A stretch of 63,597 nt of DNA, counting the filler, from Octopus bimaculoides (taxonomy: Eukaryota), in NCBI RefSeq assembly GCF_001194135.2. It is 11 parts of 11 records of this genome, joined end to end, with 100 filler letters (N's around TTAATTAATTAA, not from the genome) between each part and the next. Parts side by side here need not be neighbours in the genome. Positions count along the whole stretch, not along the records: positions 1 to 4,849 come from NC_068985.1; positions 4,950 to 13,397 come from NC_069007.1; 9 more parts are not named here. One strand, written 5' to 3'. Under the pieces are notes generated by a model, which had not been told where the DNA came from, made no database searches, and worked only from the letters and a program-made list of their open reading frames with translations. Position 1 is the first letter of the stretch. Every line of letters starts with the position of its first letter. Shown piece after piece: positions 1 through 12,562 of the stretch. The translations under genes were made by a program, and so were the position numbers.

Positions 1-40
1 ATATATATATATATATATATATATATACGTGTGTGTGTAT

Positions 41-245
41 TGGCTGTGTGGTAAGCGGCTTGCTTCCCAATCATATAGTTCTAGGTTCAGTCCTACAACG
101 TGGCAGCTTAAGCAACTATCTTCTACTATAGCCTCGGGCTGACCGAAGCCTTGTGAGTGGATTTGGTAGATGGAAACTGAAAGAAGCCCGTCGTATATGT
201 ATATATATATGTGTGTGCGGTGTGTATGTGTGTGTGTTCTTTTAT
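41..245 (+). mobile_element. Octopus tRNA-derived SINE family A, 5' part
   Basis: TGGCTGTGTGGTAAG A-box, GGTTCAGTCC B-box, body gtgagtggatttggtaga-ggaaactgaaagaagcccgtcg repeated in many copies in the window. Confidence 0.85.
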
Positions 246-284
246 TACTGTGTAGATTATAGGCTTATTCAGTCAAATCTGACG

Positions 285-628
285 GGTATCATTTTCAGTC
301 GTGTTTGTTTGTTTGTTTATTTGTTTGTCCATGGACAAACTATCTCAAGAATCGCGGGATGAAACTTTCAGGGATGTTTGGCCTAGTGACTGGCACGAAC
401 TGATTGGATTTTAGGATCGATCCAATGCAGGGCAAGGATTCTGGATTATTTTTCCGTTTTTTTTTTTACTTAATTTTTGAGAGCGGTCTGGTTCATTTTT
501 AGTATTCTCGTTTGTGAGAGCATTTGAGTTTATTTCAGATATTCTCATTTTAAAAATCATCTCTGGTTAATCGTTGTGAGGATGTCAATGTTGTCTTGGC
601 GGAGGTTTGCGCTCTCTGAGTGCTCTTG
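285..628 (+). mobile_element. Helentron-associated (HINE/DINE-1-like) non-autonomous element
   Basis: ttttcagtcgtgtttgtttg (GTTT)n near the 5' end and the terminal GGCGGAGGTTTGCGCTCTCTGAGTGC hairpin motif. Recognised by pattern only. Confidence 0.45.
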
Positions 629-1250
629 TTATTTTATTCTTTTGCTTGTTTCAGTCACTTGACTGCGGCCATGCTGGAGCACCGCCTTGAGTCGAACAAT
701 GGGACCTCAGAACTTATCCTTTGTAAGTCTAGTACTTATTCTATCATTCCCCCTTTTGTCGAACCGCTAAGTTACAGGGATGTAAACACACCAACATCGG
801 TTGTCAAGCGACACACACACACACACGCACACACACACAGGCACGCACACACACACACGACGGTCTTCTTTCAGTTTCATATTTTTTTACTGCCCACAAG
901 GGGCTACACATAGAGGGAACAAACAAGGGATTAAGTCGATTACACCAACTCCAGTGCGTAACTGGTACTTAATTTATCGACCCCGAAAGGATGAAAGGCA
1001 AAGTCGACCTCGGCAGAATTTGAACTCAGAACGTAGCGGCAGACGAAATACCGCTAAGCATTTCGCCTGGCGTACTAATGTTTCTGCCAACTCACCGCCT
1101 TTCAGTTTCTGTCTAGCAAATCTACTCAAGTCCTTGGTCGGCCCGAGGCTATAGTAGAATATACTCGCCCAAGGTGCTAGGCAGTGGGACTGAACCCAGA
1201 ACCATGTGGTTGGGAAGCAACCTTCTTACCACACAGCCACTCTTGCGCCT
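627..1250 (-). mobile_element. SINE family A interrupted by a SINE family B insertion (879-1099)
   Basis: Family A tail at 627-878 and head at 1100-1250. The inserted family B copy is flanked by a 10-bp direct repeat TTTCAGTTTC (869-878, 1100-1109). Confidence 0.85.
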
Positions 1251-2744
1251 GTATATACATGTACATACACATCCAAACATACATTGAAACATACGCATTT
1301 ACACTCACAATTATGTCTCCACATTCGTACGGGCATACCACAAACTCGATACAAATGTATTTCTGTGTAGGTGTTAAACGCCCACACACATACTAAAAAA
1401 AGTATATACATACATGTATACTACACCCCATTCTGCTCATATATATACTTATACATCTGCAGATGTGTATACATGCATGCATCAACGTATGTATGTGTGT
1501 ATATATGCATGTATGTAGGTATGTCTGCACGTGTGTGTGTACATGTGTTTATATGTCACTTTGTCGAAATATATTTATGCATTTATATGAAGATGCTCAG
1601 CTGTCTCCACCATACACGAGTAAGAATATGTATGTTATGTGTGTATAGATGTGTGTGTGTGGGTACGTGTGAGTGTGTATACGTAGATTCGCTTCATTCA
1701 TACTTGCATATATATGTGTGGTGTATATATGTGTACACACTAAGCATATATGTGTATGTGTGTGCGTGTGAAAATATGTATGTGTATATATATATATATN
1801 NNNNNNNNNNNNNNNNNNNNNNNNNNNNNNNNNNNNNNNNNNNNNNNNNNNNNNNNNNNNNNNNNNNNNNNNNNNNNNNNNNNNNNNNNNNNNNNNNNNN
1901 NNNNNNNNNNNNNNNNNNNNNNNNNNNNNNNNNNNNNNNNNNNNNNNNNNNNNNNNNNNNNNNNNNNNNNNNNNNNNNNNNNNNNNNNNNNNNNNNNNNN
2001 NNNNNNNNNNNNNNNNNNNNNNNNNNNNNNNNNNNNNNNNNNNNNNNNNNNNNNNNNNNNNNNNNNNNNNNNNNNNNNNNNNNNNNNNNNNNNNNNNNNN
2101 NNNNNNNNNNNNNNNNNNNNNNNNNNNNNNNNNNNNNNNNNNNNNNNNNNNNNNNNNNNNNNNNNNNNNNNNNNNNNNNNNNNNNNNNNNNNNNNNNNNN
2201 NNNNNNNNNNNNNNNNNNNNNNNNNNNNNNNNNNNNNNNNNNNNNNNNNNNNNNNNNNNNNNNNNNNNNNNNNNNNNNNNNNNNNNNNNNNNNNNNNNNN
2301 NNNNNNNNNNNNNNNNNNNNNNNNNNNNNNNNNNNNNNNNNNNNNNNNNNNNNNNNNNNNNNNNNNNNNNNNNNNNNNNNNNNNNNNNNNNNNNNNNNNN
2401 NNNNNNNNNNNNNNNNNNNNNNNNNNNNNNNNNNNNNNNNNNNNNNNNNNNNNNNNNNNNNNNNNNNNNNNNNNNNNNNNNNNNNNNNNNNNNNNNNNNN
2501 NNNNNNNNNNNNNNNNNNNNNNNNNNNNNNNNNNNNNNNNNNNNNNNNNNNNNNNNNNNNNNNNNNNNNNNNNNNNNNNNNNNNNNNNNNNNNNNNNNNN
2601 NNNNNNNNNNNNNNNNNNNNNNNNNNNNNNNNNNNNNNNNNNNNNNNNNNNNNNNNNNNNNNNNNNNNNNNNNNNNNNNNNNNNNNNNNNNNNNNNNNNN
2701 NNNNNNNNNNNNNNNNNNNNNNNNNNNNNNNNNNNNNNNNNNNN

Positions 2745-2785
<41 letters not shown>

Positions 2786-4444
2786 GTAGACAGATTGATA
2801 TGTATGTATGTATGTATGTATATGTGTATGCATATTAACGAAGAATACAGGTGAGCTAAGAGAAAAAATCTCAAATTGAAAATGGCTAAATTTGAAAAAA
2901 ACGCGTGAATTTGGTTATATTACCGACCCAGTGAAAGGCCCTCCACGATCGCTCTACATGCTAAAAACGGATATTGGGTCTCCCTCTATTGATATCGTAC
3001 GAGATTTTGCCTGAAGTAATGGTTTCTGATACAGGCCCAAGACCAGCAATTTTGAGAGAAAGTAGTTAGTCGATACCATCCGTCTCAGTAGATTATTTCA
3101 TCGACTCCAGAAAGATGGAAGTCAAAGTTGACTTGCGCAGGATTTGAACTCAGGACGTAATGACTTTGAGGAAATATCGCATGACATTTTATCCATCACT
3201 CTAACGACCAGCCTCCTGCATTCATTGGCTGAAATAACTATACTATGGTCACTCTTTTAACTCAATGTCTACTCGATCAGAGCTGGCCTGTAACTAAGCA
3301 GCGACAACCAAACACAGAAGTAGATATTGCTTTCAAATTCCTGTACAAGGCCAGCAATTTCAGGAGAGGGTCTAAGTTGTTGAAATATGGTGTTAATATA
3401 ACTAGTTAATAATTTTCTATTGAAGTGTTTTTATAACATTGGTATCTTTGTAAAAACTTGTAAAGGTGAGTTACCACTTTTATAAAGCGGTGGTTTTACA
3501 TAAAATTTATATTAACTAATTCTTCCATACTAACCTATTAGAGTTTTACACAACAATTCAAAATAGACTTGTTGGATTAAGTAATAGACATGGCATAAAA
3601 ATAGCCAATATGTCAAGAGAGTGAGTGTCGTGGAATCGAGTGAAAACCAACGATTAATTTCCCAAATATCAGGGGTTTTATAACTGCTCATACCTGAATT
3701 CTAAGAACCGTATTTTGTGAAAGATTTCTCTTTGACGAAAGTTTAGAATTCAAATATGGGCAGTAATTCTAACCAATGGGAAACTAACAATTTTACCTAT
3801 TTGGGCAACATGACCATTACATCATATTACCGCCGATAAAAGTTTATTATTATGACTTGCGTCGCCGTTCAAAGTAACCCGATCACTGTTTCCGGCAGTA
3901 AACAAGCTGCTACCACGGTTCAAACTAATAGTGCCCAATATAAGTTAGGTATGTAAGATTTTAAAATGTTTTTCCTATTTATGGACAATATTTCACCGTT
4001 AGAATTAATGAAGTGTAACTCCAAATTTATCGGGGTTTTTTTTTATTATTATGGCTTGATAACCAGAATTAATTTTTTTTCTGTTGCAAAGTCTAATTCT
4101 TTAAACCATATTTTGTTATTTTTAGGATCAACTTGTAGTTTGGATCGTGTAATAAGAGTAATTTTGAACGTAAGTAAAAAAACATTCCTGTTGAAAGTAA
4201 ACCCAAATCAGGGGTTACTTTCAACAGCGACAATTATATATAAAAAAGTAACCAAATATTGACTGCAACTTATTTTTATTTCATATATCAGTTTACCTAT
4301 TTAGTCTCCCTAACATAGTCAAATTTAGTTAAGATTGAAAAAAAGGTTATGAAATTACTGCAATAAGAAGTCTAAAACAGTTCAAAGTATTTATAGCAAC
4401 GGCCAGAATAGGAATAATTCGTGGCAAAGCTCCATATACTTATT

Positions 4445-4662
4445 TCTTTACTGCTCACAAGGGGCCAAACATAGAGGGGACAAACAAGGGATTAAGTCGA
4501 TTACATCGACCCCAGTACGTAACTAGCACTTAATTTATCGACCCCGGAAGGATGAAAGGTAAAGTCGACCTCGGCGGAATTTGAACTCAGAACGTAGCGG
4601 CAGACGAAATACCGCTAGGCATTTTGCTCGGCGTGCTAACGTTTCTGCCAGCTCGCCGCCTT
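4445..4662 (-). mobile_element. Octopus tRNA-derived SINE family B
   Basis: Head GGCGGCGAGCTGGCAGAAACGTTAGC, B-box GAGTTCAAATTCC, body gaggtcgactttgcctttcatcc. Further copies near 3040-3215, 18460-18600, 19500-19740, 20730-21170, 23300-23460, 26040-26262, 34690-34915, 41270-41580, 46780-47150, 57560-57690 and 63330-63468. Confidence 0.85.
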
Positions 4663-4849
4663 GTACTATGCACTTTTGAAACCGGTAAAGTGTATTCGTA
4701 TATTTTAAAATATAATTAAATTCTAATTAATTTTAATGCATTCTCTGTGCATTTTCAACTTTATTTCTATTATTTCCACTTGCTTGGATTAATAACAAAT
4801 TATGTATAGAGAAAAAGAGTTAACAGATGAGATCGATAATCTTTCAATA

Positions 4850-4949
4850 NNNNNNNNNNNNNNNNNNNNNNNNNNNNNNNNNNNNNNNNNNNNTTAATTA
4901 ATTAANNNNNNNNNNNNNNNNNNNNNNNNNNNNNNNNNNNNNNNNNNNN
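4850..4949. other. Artificial 100-bp assembly spacer (44 N + TTAATTAATTAA + 44 N)
   Basis: Identical spacers at 4850, 13398, 18688, 38535, 43987, 46658, 49235, 51367, 59918 and 61975. The 12-mer puts a stop codon in all six frames. Confidence 0.95.
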
Positions 4950-5395
4950 ACCGAGAGCAAATACTAAGACTAATAAATACTCATGCAGAGAAAAGACAAA
5001 ATGCCCATTGATAAACCTCTGTATGAGTACCAATGTTGTATATAAGTGCACCATACATACAAAGGCAGGGTCATACGTTTAAATCGATGCAATGGCTGAT
5101 TCGTTCAAGAACCGATATCAAAACTACGTCACCAGCTTCACTAAAATCAACAAAAGGCGATCAACATCTTTGGTTGATTTTGTGTGGCAACTTAAGGAGG
5201 ATAAGATTAAATATGATCTCACTAGGTCCATAATAAGACAAGCACAACCGTACAATGTTCTTTGCAGGAGCTGCAGACTGTGCTCTGAGGAATCGCTGTC
5301 CATTTTGTGGACCAATGAGAAGCTCATTAATAAGATTCCTGAAAGACTACCAAGATGCATGCATGCTACTAAATTCACTTTCACATATTACAGTG
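4950..5395 (+). mobile_element. Penelope-like element, degenerate GIY-YIG endonuclease end
   Basis: Frame from 4981 reads SCREKTKCPLINLCMSTNVVYKCTI...YV*...FKNRY...STSLVDFVWQLKE...CRLCSEE...LINK...RCMH. This is the C-x-CPL / VVY / FKxRY / CxLC / LxNK pattern of PLE endonucleases, with an in-frame stop. Confidence 0.8.
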
Positions 5396-5702
5396 AGTAT
5401 GAATTAATAACCACACTTTATCTAAATCTCTGGATGAATAACCCACAACCTGCCTATTCTTATAAACACAATGCTACACTAATTGCCAACATCACTGGGA
5501 TACCCTTTGGCCATTGTATACCGCTTAAAGTGATATAAATACTGACTTGGGTTTCTCAATAAATATCCCTCACCGTCAAAAGACCTACGCTTGTCTACAC
5601 TGGTGATCGTTGCCAGGAATGTGTTTTGGTTTATCCAATTGTGTTACACTGCTATACCTCGGGAGTATCTAAGCAATGCAGTCGTGGATAGTTGACGGAT
5701 TG

Positions 5703-5755
5703 GATGTAACGCTGACGAAAGAGCAATAACTATCGAAATATGCATATACATCAAT
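5703..5755 (+). ncRNA. Degenerate type I hammerhead ribozyme in the pseudo-LTR downstream of the PLE ORF
   Basis: CTGACGA at 5712-5718, GAAA at 5735-5738, palindromic stem III ATATGCATAT, AUA triplet. Stems I and II are only partly paired. Confidence 0.45.
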
Positions 5756-6104
5756 AAGCTATTTTTCTATATTCGATTGCATTCTTTACATAGACGTATT
5801 CGTTTACGAAACGTCGTAACTTTCAGTTCTGGCTCAGAAGTCTATAGAAAATCTTTTGGTAAACTTCAGAAATATATACTCTTACCCGGAGGGGTGAAAG
5901 AAACAAATTATGTGATTTAGTTACGGGGTAAGTTAACATTTGTTTCTTCTTACATGCGATTTTGTACTACGCTTCTATTTTTTGCCTGACTGCAAAATTT
6001 GGTTTTGTCTTACATACAGTATATCCAAAAATTACATTTAAAGTTTGAAAAATTCAGAAAAAAAGTGGAAACTAAAGCAACTCAGCAGAATTTGTTGGAA
6101 AACA

Positions 6105-6332
6105 TCGAGGTCATCGTCATGTATCGCACGCTTGCAGCGCATTGGTGACACTACAACGAAAATCTTCTCGGATAAGCGCGAGTTCTCCAGCTGCCTTGGT
6201 ACTCTTGTCCAACCAGCTTTTGACGTTGCTCATCCACTGTGCTCTTTGCCTGCCTCATCACCTACTATCTTCTACTCTTCTTTCCACGATGATGTTTTCC
6301 AAACATCTGCTTCTTCGAATATGGTCATAGTA
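6105..6332 (-). mobile_element. RTE-like LINE 3' end
   Basis: Minus-strand frame GHIRRSRCLENIIVERRVEDSR*RGRQRAQWMSNVKSW resembles the RTE C-terminus GHxxR...GRGRxRxxWxxxxK, followed by a GATGAC-type tail. Confidence 0.65.
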
Positions 6333-6339
6333 GATGAGC

Positions 6340-6844
6340 TTTTACTCTTTTTACTCTTTACTCTTTTACTTGTTTCAGTCATTTGACTGTGGCCATGCTG
6401 GAGCACCGCCTTTCAGTCGAGCAAATCGACCCCAGGACTTATTCTTTGTAAGCCTAGTACTTATTCTACCGGTCTCTTTTTGCCGAACTGCTAAGTTATG
6501 GGGACGTAAACACACCAGCATCGGTTGTCAAGCGATGTTGGGGAACAAACACAGACACACAAACATATATATATATATACTNNNNNNNNNNNNNNNNNNN
6601 NNNNNNNNNNNNNNNNNNNNNNNNNNNNNNNNNNNNNNNNNNNNNNNNNNNNNNNNNNNNNNNNNNNNNNNNNNNNNNNNNNNNNNNNNNNNNNNNNNNN
6701 NNNNNNNNNNNNNNNNNNNNNNNNNNNNNNNNNNNNNNNNNNNNNNNNNNNNNNNNNNNNNNNNNNNNNNNNNNNNNNNNNNNNNNNNNNNNNNNNNNNN
6801 NNNNNNNNNNNNNNNNNNNNNAAACATATATATATATATACTGT

Positions 6845-6879
<35 letters not shown>

Positions 6880-7045
6880 ATATATATACGACGGGCTTCT
6901 TTCAGTTTCCGTCTACCAAATCCACTCACAAGGTTTTGGTTGGCCCGAGGCTATAGTAGAAAACACTTGCCCAAGGTACCACGCAGTGGGACTGAACCCG
7001 GAACCATGCGGTTCGTAAGCGAGCTACTTACCACACAGCCACTCC
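6340..7045 (-). mobile_element. SINE family A, full length with N gap in its internal microsatellite
   Basis: (TTTTACTC)n tail, conserved body, tRNA-like head. Confidence 0.85.
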
Positions 7046-7837
7046 TACGTTCAGGAAAACAGAAGGAAACAAATAAAGTTTCATTCGAAATATCTGAACA
7101 CTTCCACGTGGGCTCCATAGGTTGCACGCAATACATCGAGACGATGCTTGCGGAAATTGTAAAGAAAATTTATGGTAATCTTATATTTTGTTTTGTCGAT
7201 GCTTTAAATCATTATTTTTTATTTAGCAATGACTAACTTTTATTTTACTAATCGGCATGGACTTGGTTTGCAGTTTTAACAAAGCATTTCTTTGTAGTGT
7301 TTGGGGAGAGTCATTTTCTTTTGGTGTCTTATAATTTAACACATTCACCGGTAAAATTTCCACTTATTCCTTATTTTTATTTTCCTAAAACTTTCGTTGC
7401 GTCTTGCAACCTTTTTAATAGTCTTTTACCGGTGAGTGTGTTAAATTATAAGGCACAAAAAGAAAATGACTCTCCTCAGGCANNNNNNNNNNNNNNNNNN
7501 NNNNNNNNNNNNNNNNNNNNNNNNNNNNNNNNNNNNNNNNNNNNNNNNNNNNNNNNNNNNNNNNNNNNNNNNNNNNNNNNNNNNNNNNNNNNNNNNNNNN
7601 NNNNNNNNNNNNNNNNNNNNNNNNNNNNNNNNNNNNNNNNNNNNNNNNNNNNNNNNNNNNNNNNNNNNNNNNNNNNNNNNNNNNNNNNNNNNNNNNNNNN
7701 NNNNNNNNNNNNNNNNNNNNNNNNNNNNNNNNNNNNNNNNNNNNNNNNNNNNNNNNNNNNNNNNNNNNNNNNNNNNNNNNNNNNNNNNNNNNNNNNNNNN
7801 NNNNNNNNNNNNNNNNNNNNNNNNNNNNNNNNNNNNN

Positions 7838-7869
<32 letters not shown>

Positions 7870-8355
7870 ATACAGACCATTTGTTTAAATCGTCGTACAA
7901 AACAAAAAAGGCACATATGGAGGTGCACAATTCATATTCATGCTGGAAGCGTGCAGCAGAGCTTTATCTATGATAATTTATGTGAGTTAAACAAAAGAAT
8001 ACAAAAACATCCGGACCAGGGTTTCGTTAGCTCGATCATTCGGTCATCATTTGGTAAATAATACCAAAAATTTTCCAATACACACTCACACACATACACA
8101 CACATATATATATAAAAGCTTCAGAGCAAGTTAGCAAGCAGTTATTTACGATAAATACAGACTGTAATACTAACAGGGATATAAAGTTGATGTAGTATTA
8201 GTCGTTTATGATTACATAACTTTTTACATGAATGTAAACTACATTAAATATTAACAGAACGGCGGGAAAGTCGTAAAAGCAAAGCGAGATTTGAAGTGTC
8301 TTTTTTTTTCAACGGAGCCATATGCAACTATATATTTATATATACATACATATAT

Positions 8356-8394
<39 letters not shown>

Positions 8395-8885
8395 NNNNNN
8401 NNNNNNNNNNNNNNNNNNNNNNNNNNNNNNNNNNNNNNNNNNNNNNNNNNNNNNNNNNNNNNNNNNNNNNNNNNNNNNNNNNNNNNNNNNNNNNNNNNNN
8501 NNNNNNNNNNNNNNNNNNNNNNNNNNNNNNNNNNNNNNNNNNNNNNNNNNNNNNNNNNNNNNNNNNNNNNNNNNNNNNNNNNNNNNNNNNNNNNNNNNNN
8601 NNNNNNNNNNNNNNNNNNNNNNNNNNNNNNNNNNNNNNNNNNNNNNNNNNNNNNNNNNNNNNNNNNNNNNNNNNNNNNNNNNNNNNNNNNNNNNNNNNNN
8701 NNNNNNNNNNNNNNNNNNNNNNNNNNNNNNNNNNNNNNNNNNNNNNNNNNNNNNNNNNNNNNNNNNNNNNNNNNNNNNNNNNNNNNNNNNNNNNNNNNNN
8801 NNNNNNNNNNNNNNNNNNNNNNNNNNNNNNNNNNNNNNNNNNNNNNNNNNNNNNNNNNNNNNNNNNNNNNNNNNNNNNNNNNNNN

Positions 8886-8944
<59 letters not shown>

Positions 8945-9273
8945 TATATACATAATTTTATGTCTTTACATGTACATATATATATATATGTATGTATATA
9001 CGTGTATGTGTACGTTTGTATGTATGTGTACATGTACACACACATACATACACACACACATACATACATACATACATACATACATGCATACATACATACA
9101 TACATACATATGTACGTGTATGTATTAAACGTTACAATTAATCTATCCATTTGTGCTTTTTCCACATTCGATTCCTTTCTTTCTTTTTCTTCCCTACCCC
9201 AGGACCAAATAATATCAATCAACTTAAACTGAAAATTTTGATAAACTCCCGATAAAGATGGCCTGTAACTAAA

Positions 9274-9525
9274 TCAGCCTCCGTGTACCCCCGGACGATC
9301 GTTGCATTCACAGTGCAGGAAATTATTGATCTTATACAGAATGCCATTCACTGCCATGGTGTTATTATTGAGAGGTGTCATCGGTGTTTGGAACACTTTC
9401 ATCTTGCCAGTTCTGTCGAGGCTAAACCGCAGCGTCTCATTTTGCAATGATTTCATGTTGTAGTTGGTGTTTGGCTGGAAGCCGCATGGAACTACGAATC
9501 GTTTCACTATATGGTGTTGGAGATG
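9274..9525 (-). CDS. FAS1 protein terminal coding exon
   Basis: Acceptor ttttgtctag. HLQHHIVKRFVVPCGFQ...AVNGILYKINNFLHCECNDRPGVHGG* has YH-like and H2-like motifs. Stop TGA at 9276-9274. Confidence 0.88.
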   Translation of the reverse strand, partial: HLQHHIVKRFVVPCGFQPNTNYNMKSLQNETLRFSLDRTGKMKVFQTPMTPLNNNTMAVNGILYKINNFLHCECNDRPGVHGG

Positions 9526-10414
9526 CTAGACAAAAGACGAAACATAAAAATAAAATACATTTTATGTATTTATATAAGTACATATATGTGTGTTTATATT
9601 AATGTATATACTCTTTACTATTCTTCGTCCCTCTTCCTTCCAGTTCGTTGCTTCACAGCGTTCAGTATACACATATTTTGTCACGTCTGGCCGTATAGCC
9701 TTTCATGTTTATTTTCCCTGTTTCGTTTTCTTGTCTTGTTTTCTGTCCGCCACTACATTCCTCCACGGTACAAATTTAATTTGTGGTTCGTGGGAAGAGC
9801 CATTCTAACAATGCGTCCTGCCCTAACTCTTTGAAACGCTTAGCTTTAGAATGGTGGCAGCTGATGAAGGAAATGTTCTCTATGTGGCCTGTGTATTTTC
9901 TGTACTCTGTTTATCATTTTGTCCACGTTTTTTTGCAACGTCCTGTACCCAGATATGCATCTATATATACATGTAGATGTAGGTATGTACATACATGTAC
10001 GTATATATGCATATACTCATATATTATTTGNNNNNNNNNNNNNNNNNNNNNNNNNNNNNNNNNNNNNNNNNNNNNNNNNNNNNNNNNNNNNNNNNNNNNN
10101 NNNNNNNNNNNNNNNNNNNNNNNNNNNNNNNNNNNNNNNNNNNNNNNNNNNNNNNNNNNNNNNNNNNNNNNNNNNNNNNNNNNNNATATATATATATGGG
10201 CATTGTTGCAGGATGACGATATATATAAAACAATTATTTGACGAAAGTACTGAATACTGAATATATCCATTGTAAAAAGTTTAAAGTTTAAAGTTTAAAG
10301 TTATTCACCGCCATTGTGTAATGACAATGTCAGGGTGGAGGCGGACGTGAATTGGTAAGCATTTGAACAACAACTAAACAAATACATCTAAAAATTTATC
10401 AATGCGTGACATAC

Positions 10415-10571
10415 CTTCTCTAGTAAGCCTGGGTTTGACATCAGTCTGTTCAGTCGTGTCCTAGTCATAGCATCAAACGCGTCGTTGGTGGGAGCCAGTA
10501 CAGTAAGTTGAAGGTTTTCCGTATTCAATAACTTGTTAACGCCAGCGACCTCAATGGCTTGACGGAATTGG
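10415..10571 (-). CDS. FAS1 protein exon (H1 motif)
   Basis: Acceptor tttacag, donor gtatgt. (S)QFRQAIEVAGVNKLLNTENLQLTVLAPTNDAFDAMTRTRLNRLMSNPGLLEK includes the H1 motif TVLAPTNDAF. Phase 2 in, phase 0 out. Confidence 0.92.
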
Positions 10572-10975
10572 CTGTAAATAAGCAATGATTAATTTGATTT
10601 GATACATAAGGAAATACAGGGTGCCGCTTGGAAAAGTAGCCCGGGTTCCGTAGCATTGTGTAAATACAGAAATAAATTTAGACACACGAAAAAGCCACCG
10701 GCCTTTCGTTTGCAAGTCTTGTTGTATTTCGATCGCTTGTGACTGTTGAACAAAGATGGCGCACTAGTCGATTGTTTGTTACGTTAGCCTCACCGCATCC
10801 TCACATTAGCTGATAGCAAGATTGCCGCAGTCCAATGACTTAGGCAAGGAAAAAACTAGGATAATTTAGGATGAAGTGACATTTATATAGGTTTGGTCGA
10901 TCAGCGTCTGACCAAAGGGCTAAACGAAAACAACAGCAACAATAGCTAAAAACAAGGAAAAGATCACGTGTATAC

Positions 10976-11112
10976 CTTAGGGTAGGGTCACTCTGAACGA
11001 GCCCCATCAACGTTTGTTCTGGTGGTATGAGGACTTTGTCAATGGTATGAATAACGCCGTTACCACTCTTTCGGTCAGAAGTCATCACTCTGGCATCGTC
11101 CACCATTATGCC
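10976..11112 (-). CDS. FAS1 protein exon (H2 motif and start of next FAS1 domain)
   Basis: Acceptor ttttcag, donor gtatac. GIMVDDARVMTSDRKSGNGVIHTIDKVLIPPEQTLMGLVQSDPTL includes the FAS1 H2 motif NGVIHxIDxVL. Ends in phase 2. Confidence 0.92.
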
Positions 11113-11318
11113 CTGAAAATAGAAGACAGCAACATTATCATTGTCATCGTTGTCATCATCGCCATCATCATCATTATGTCGTCGTCGTCATCATCATCGT
11201 CTTCAATGCGCCACAATCATCATCATCATCATCATCCTTCTCCTCCTCCTCATCATCTTCATCCCCATTTTCCTTATTATCATCATTACGTCCGCATCAC
11301 CAACGCGTCACCACAACC

Positions 11319-11354
<36 letters not shown>

Positions 11355-12562
11355 CTCAAAAGCCTTGTGAGTGAATTTGGGGAACGGAAACCGAAAGAAG
11401 CTCGTCGTATATACATACATATACTTACACACGCATATATATATATATATNNNNNNNNNNNNNNNNNNNNNNNNNNNNNNNNNNNNNNNNNNNNNNNNNN
11501 NNNNNNNNNNNNNNNNNNNNNNNNNNNNNNNNNNNNNNNNNNNNNNNNNNNNNNNNNNNNNNNNNNNNNNNNNNNNNNNNNNNNNNNNNNNNNNNNNNNN
11601 NNNNNNNNNNNNNNNNNNNNNNNNNNNNNNNNNNNNNNNNNNNNNNNNNNNNNNNNNNNNNNNNNNNNNNNNNNNNNNNNNNNNNNNNNNNNNNNNNNNN
11701 NNNNNNNNNNNNNNNNNNNNNNNNNNNNNNNNNNNNNNNNNNNNNNNNNNNNNNNNNNNNNNNNNNNNNNNNNNNNNNNNNNNNNNNNNNNNNNNNNNNN
11801 NNNNNNNNNNNNNNNNNNNNNNNNNNGAAAACATGGAATACGAACTTTTTTGCGAACAACGAAAGAGACAAATGGAAAATAAGACAAGTAACATAGAGAA
11901 TGACACTTCATCAGTTGTCGGCTGTTTTATCTATTCCACATTTCGAGCAATTATGACAAGATGTGTCTTCGAGAAACAGTTTCTCCCGCAAAGCAAAATA
12001 AAATTAGGGATTTGTGGAGGGTCAAAGTTGGTACCAAAAACAGGACAGTGAAAACAAACATAACAAAGTGAGGTGGTGAACGCTGGAGGAGCAAGCTTTG
12101 ACAGGAGAAAAGATAGGGGAGGAGACAGACAAGAATGCGTGTGATCTGTATAGGAAAAGAAAGATGGCCGATGGTCACGTGTGAGCAACGAGAGAGTAAA
12201 GGAGGAAGAGGATGTACAGGAATCTGATTTTGAAGGAACGTCTTTGTGAACTAGCATATGTCTTTTCAGTTCAGACATTGTCTTTTTTATGGTGAGCTCA
12301 ACTCTGGAAATGGCCAAAAACATATGTCGACAGGCCAAAAGCACGTGTCGACAGGCCAGAAACATGCGTCGACAGTTCAACCAACCCGCCAACTGAACCA
12401 CATGTTTACAAACACGGGCAACACTTTTAACTGAGAAAGTTTTGTCGCTTTATTAGACAGAGACTGACAGACATATTGACAGAGACAGATAGACAGACAG
12501 ACGGACAAATCGACAGACAGACAGACAGGTAGAGAAAGAATAAAACAATGGTGCATCCTTAC

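Noticed and set aside
1371-2874. Long ORFs (for example 472 aa and 425 aa) and similar ones at 8251-9232, 16793-18101, 33259-34116, 36367-37272, 53483-54580 and 56603-57338
   Set aside because: They are open only because they run through N gaps and (TA)n/(CA)n repeats.
3400-4440. AT-rich block with faint coding-like stretches
   Set aside because: Stops in every frame and no motif I could assign with confidence.
9810-9960. Repeat with GAAAC followed by CTGATGAAGG (related copy reversed at about 49100-49234)
   Set aside because: The half-motifs are in permuted order and I could not build stems I and III or an NUH site, so it is not called a hammerhead.
11014-11374. Poly-Ser, poly-His and poly-Asp ORFs
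   Set aside because: They come from intronic (CAT)n/(GAT)n repeats overlapping the antisense of a real FAS1 exon.
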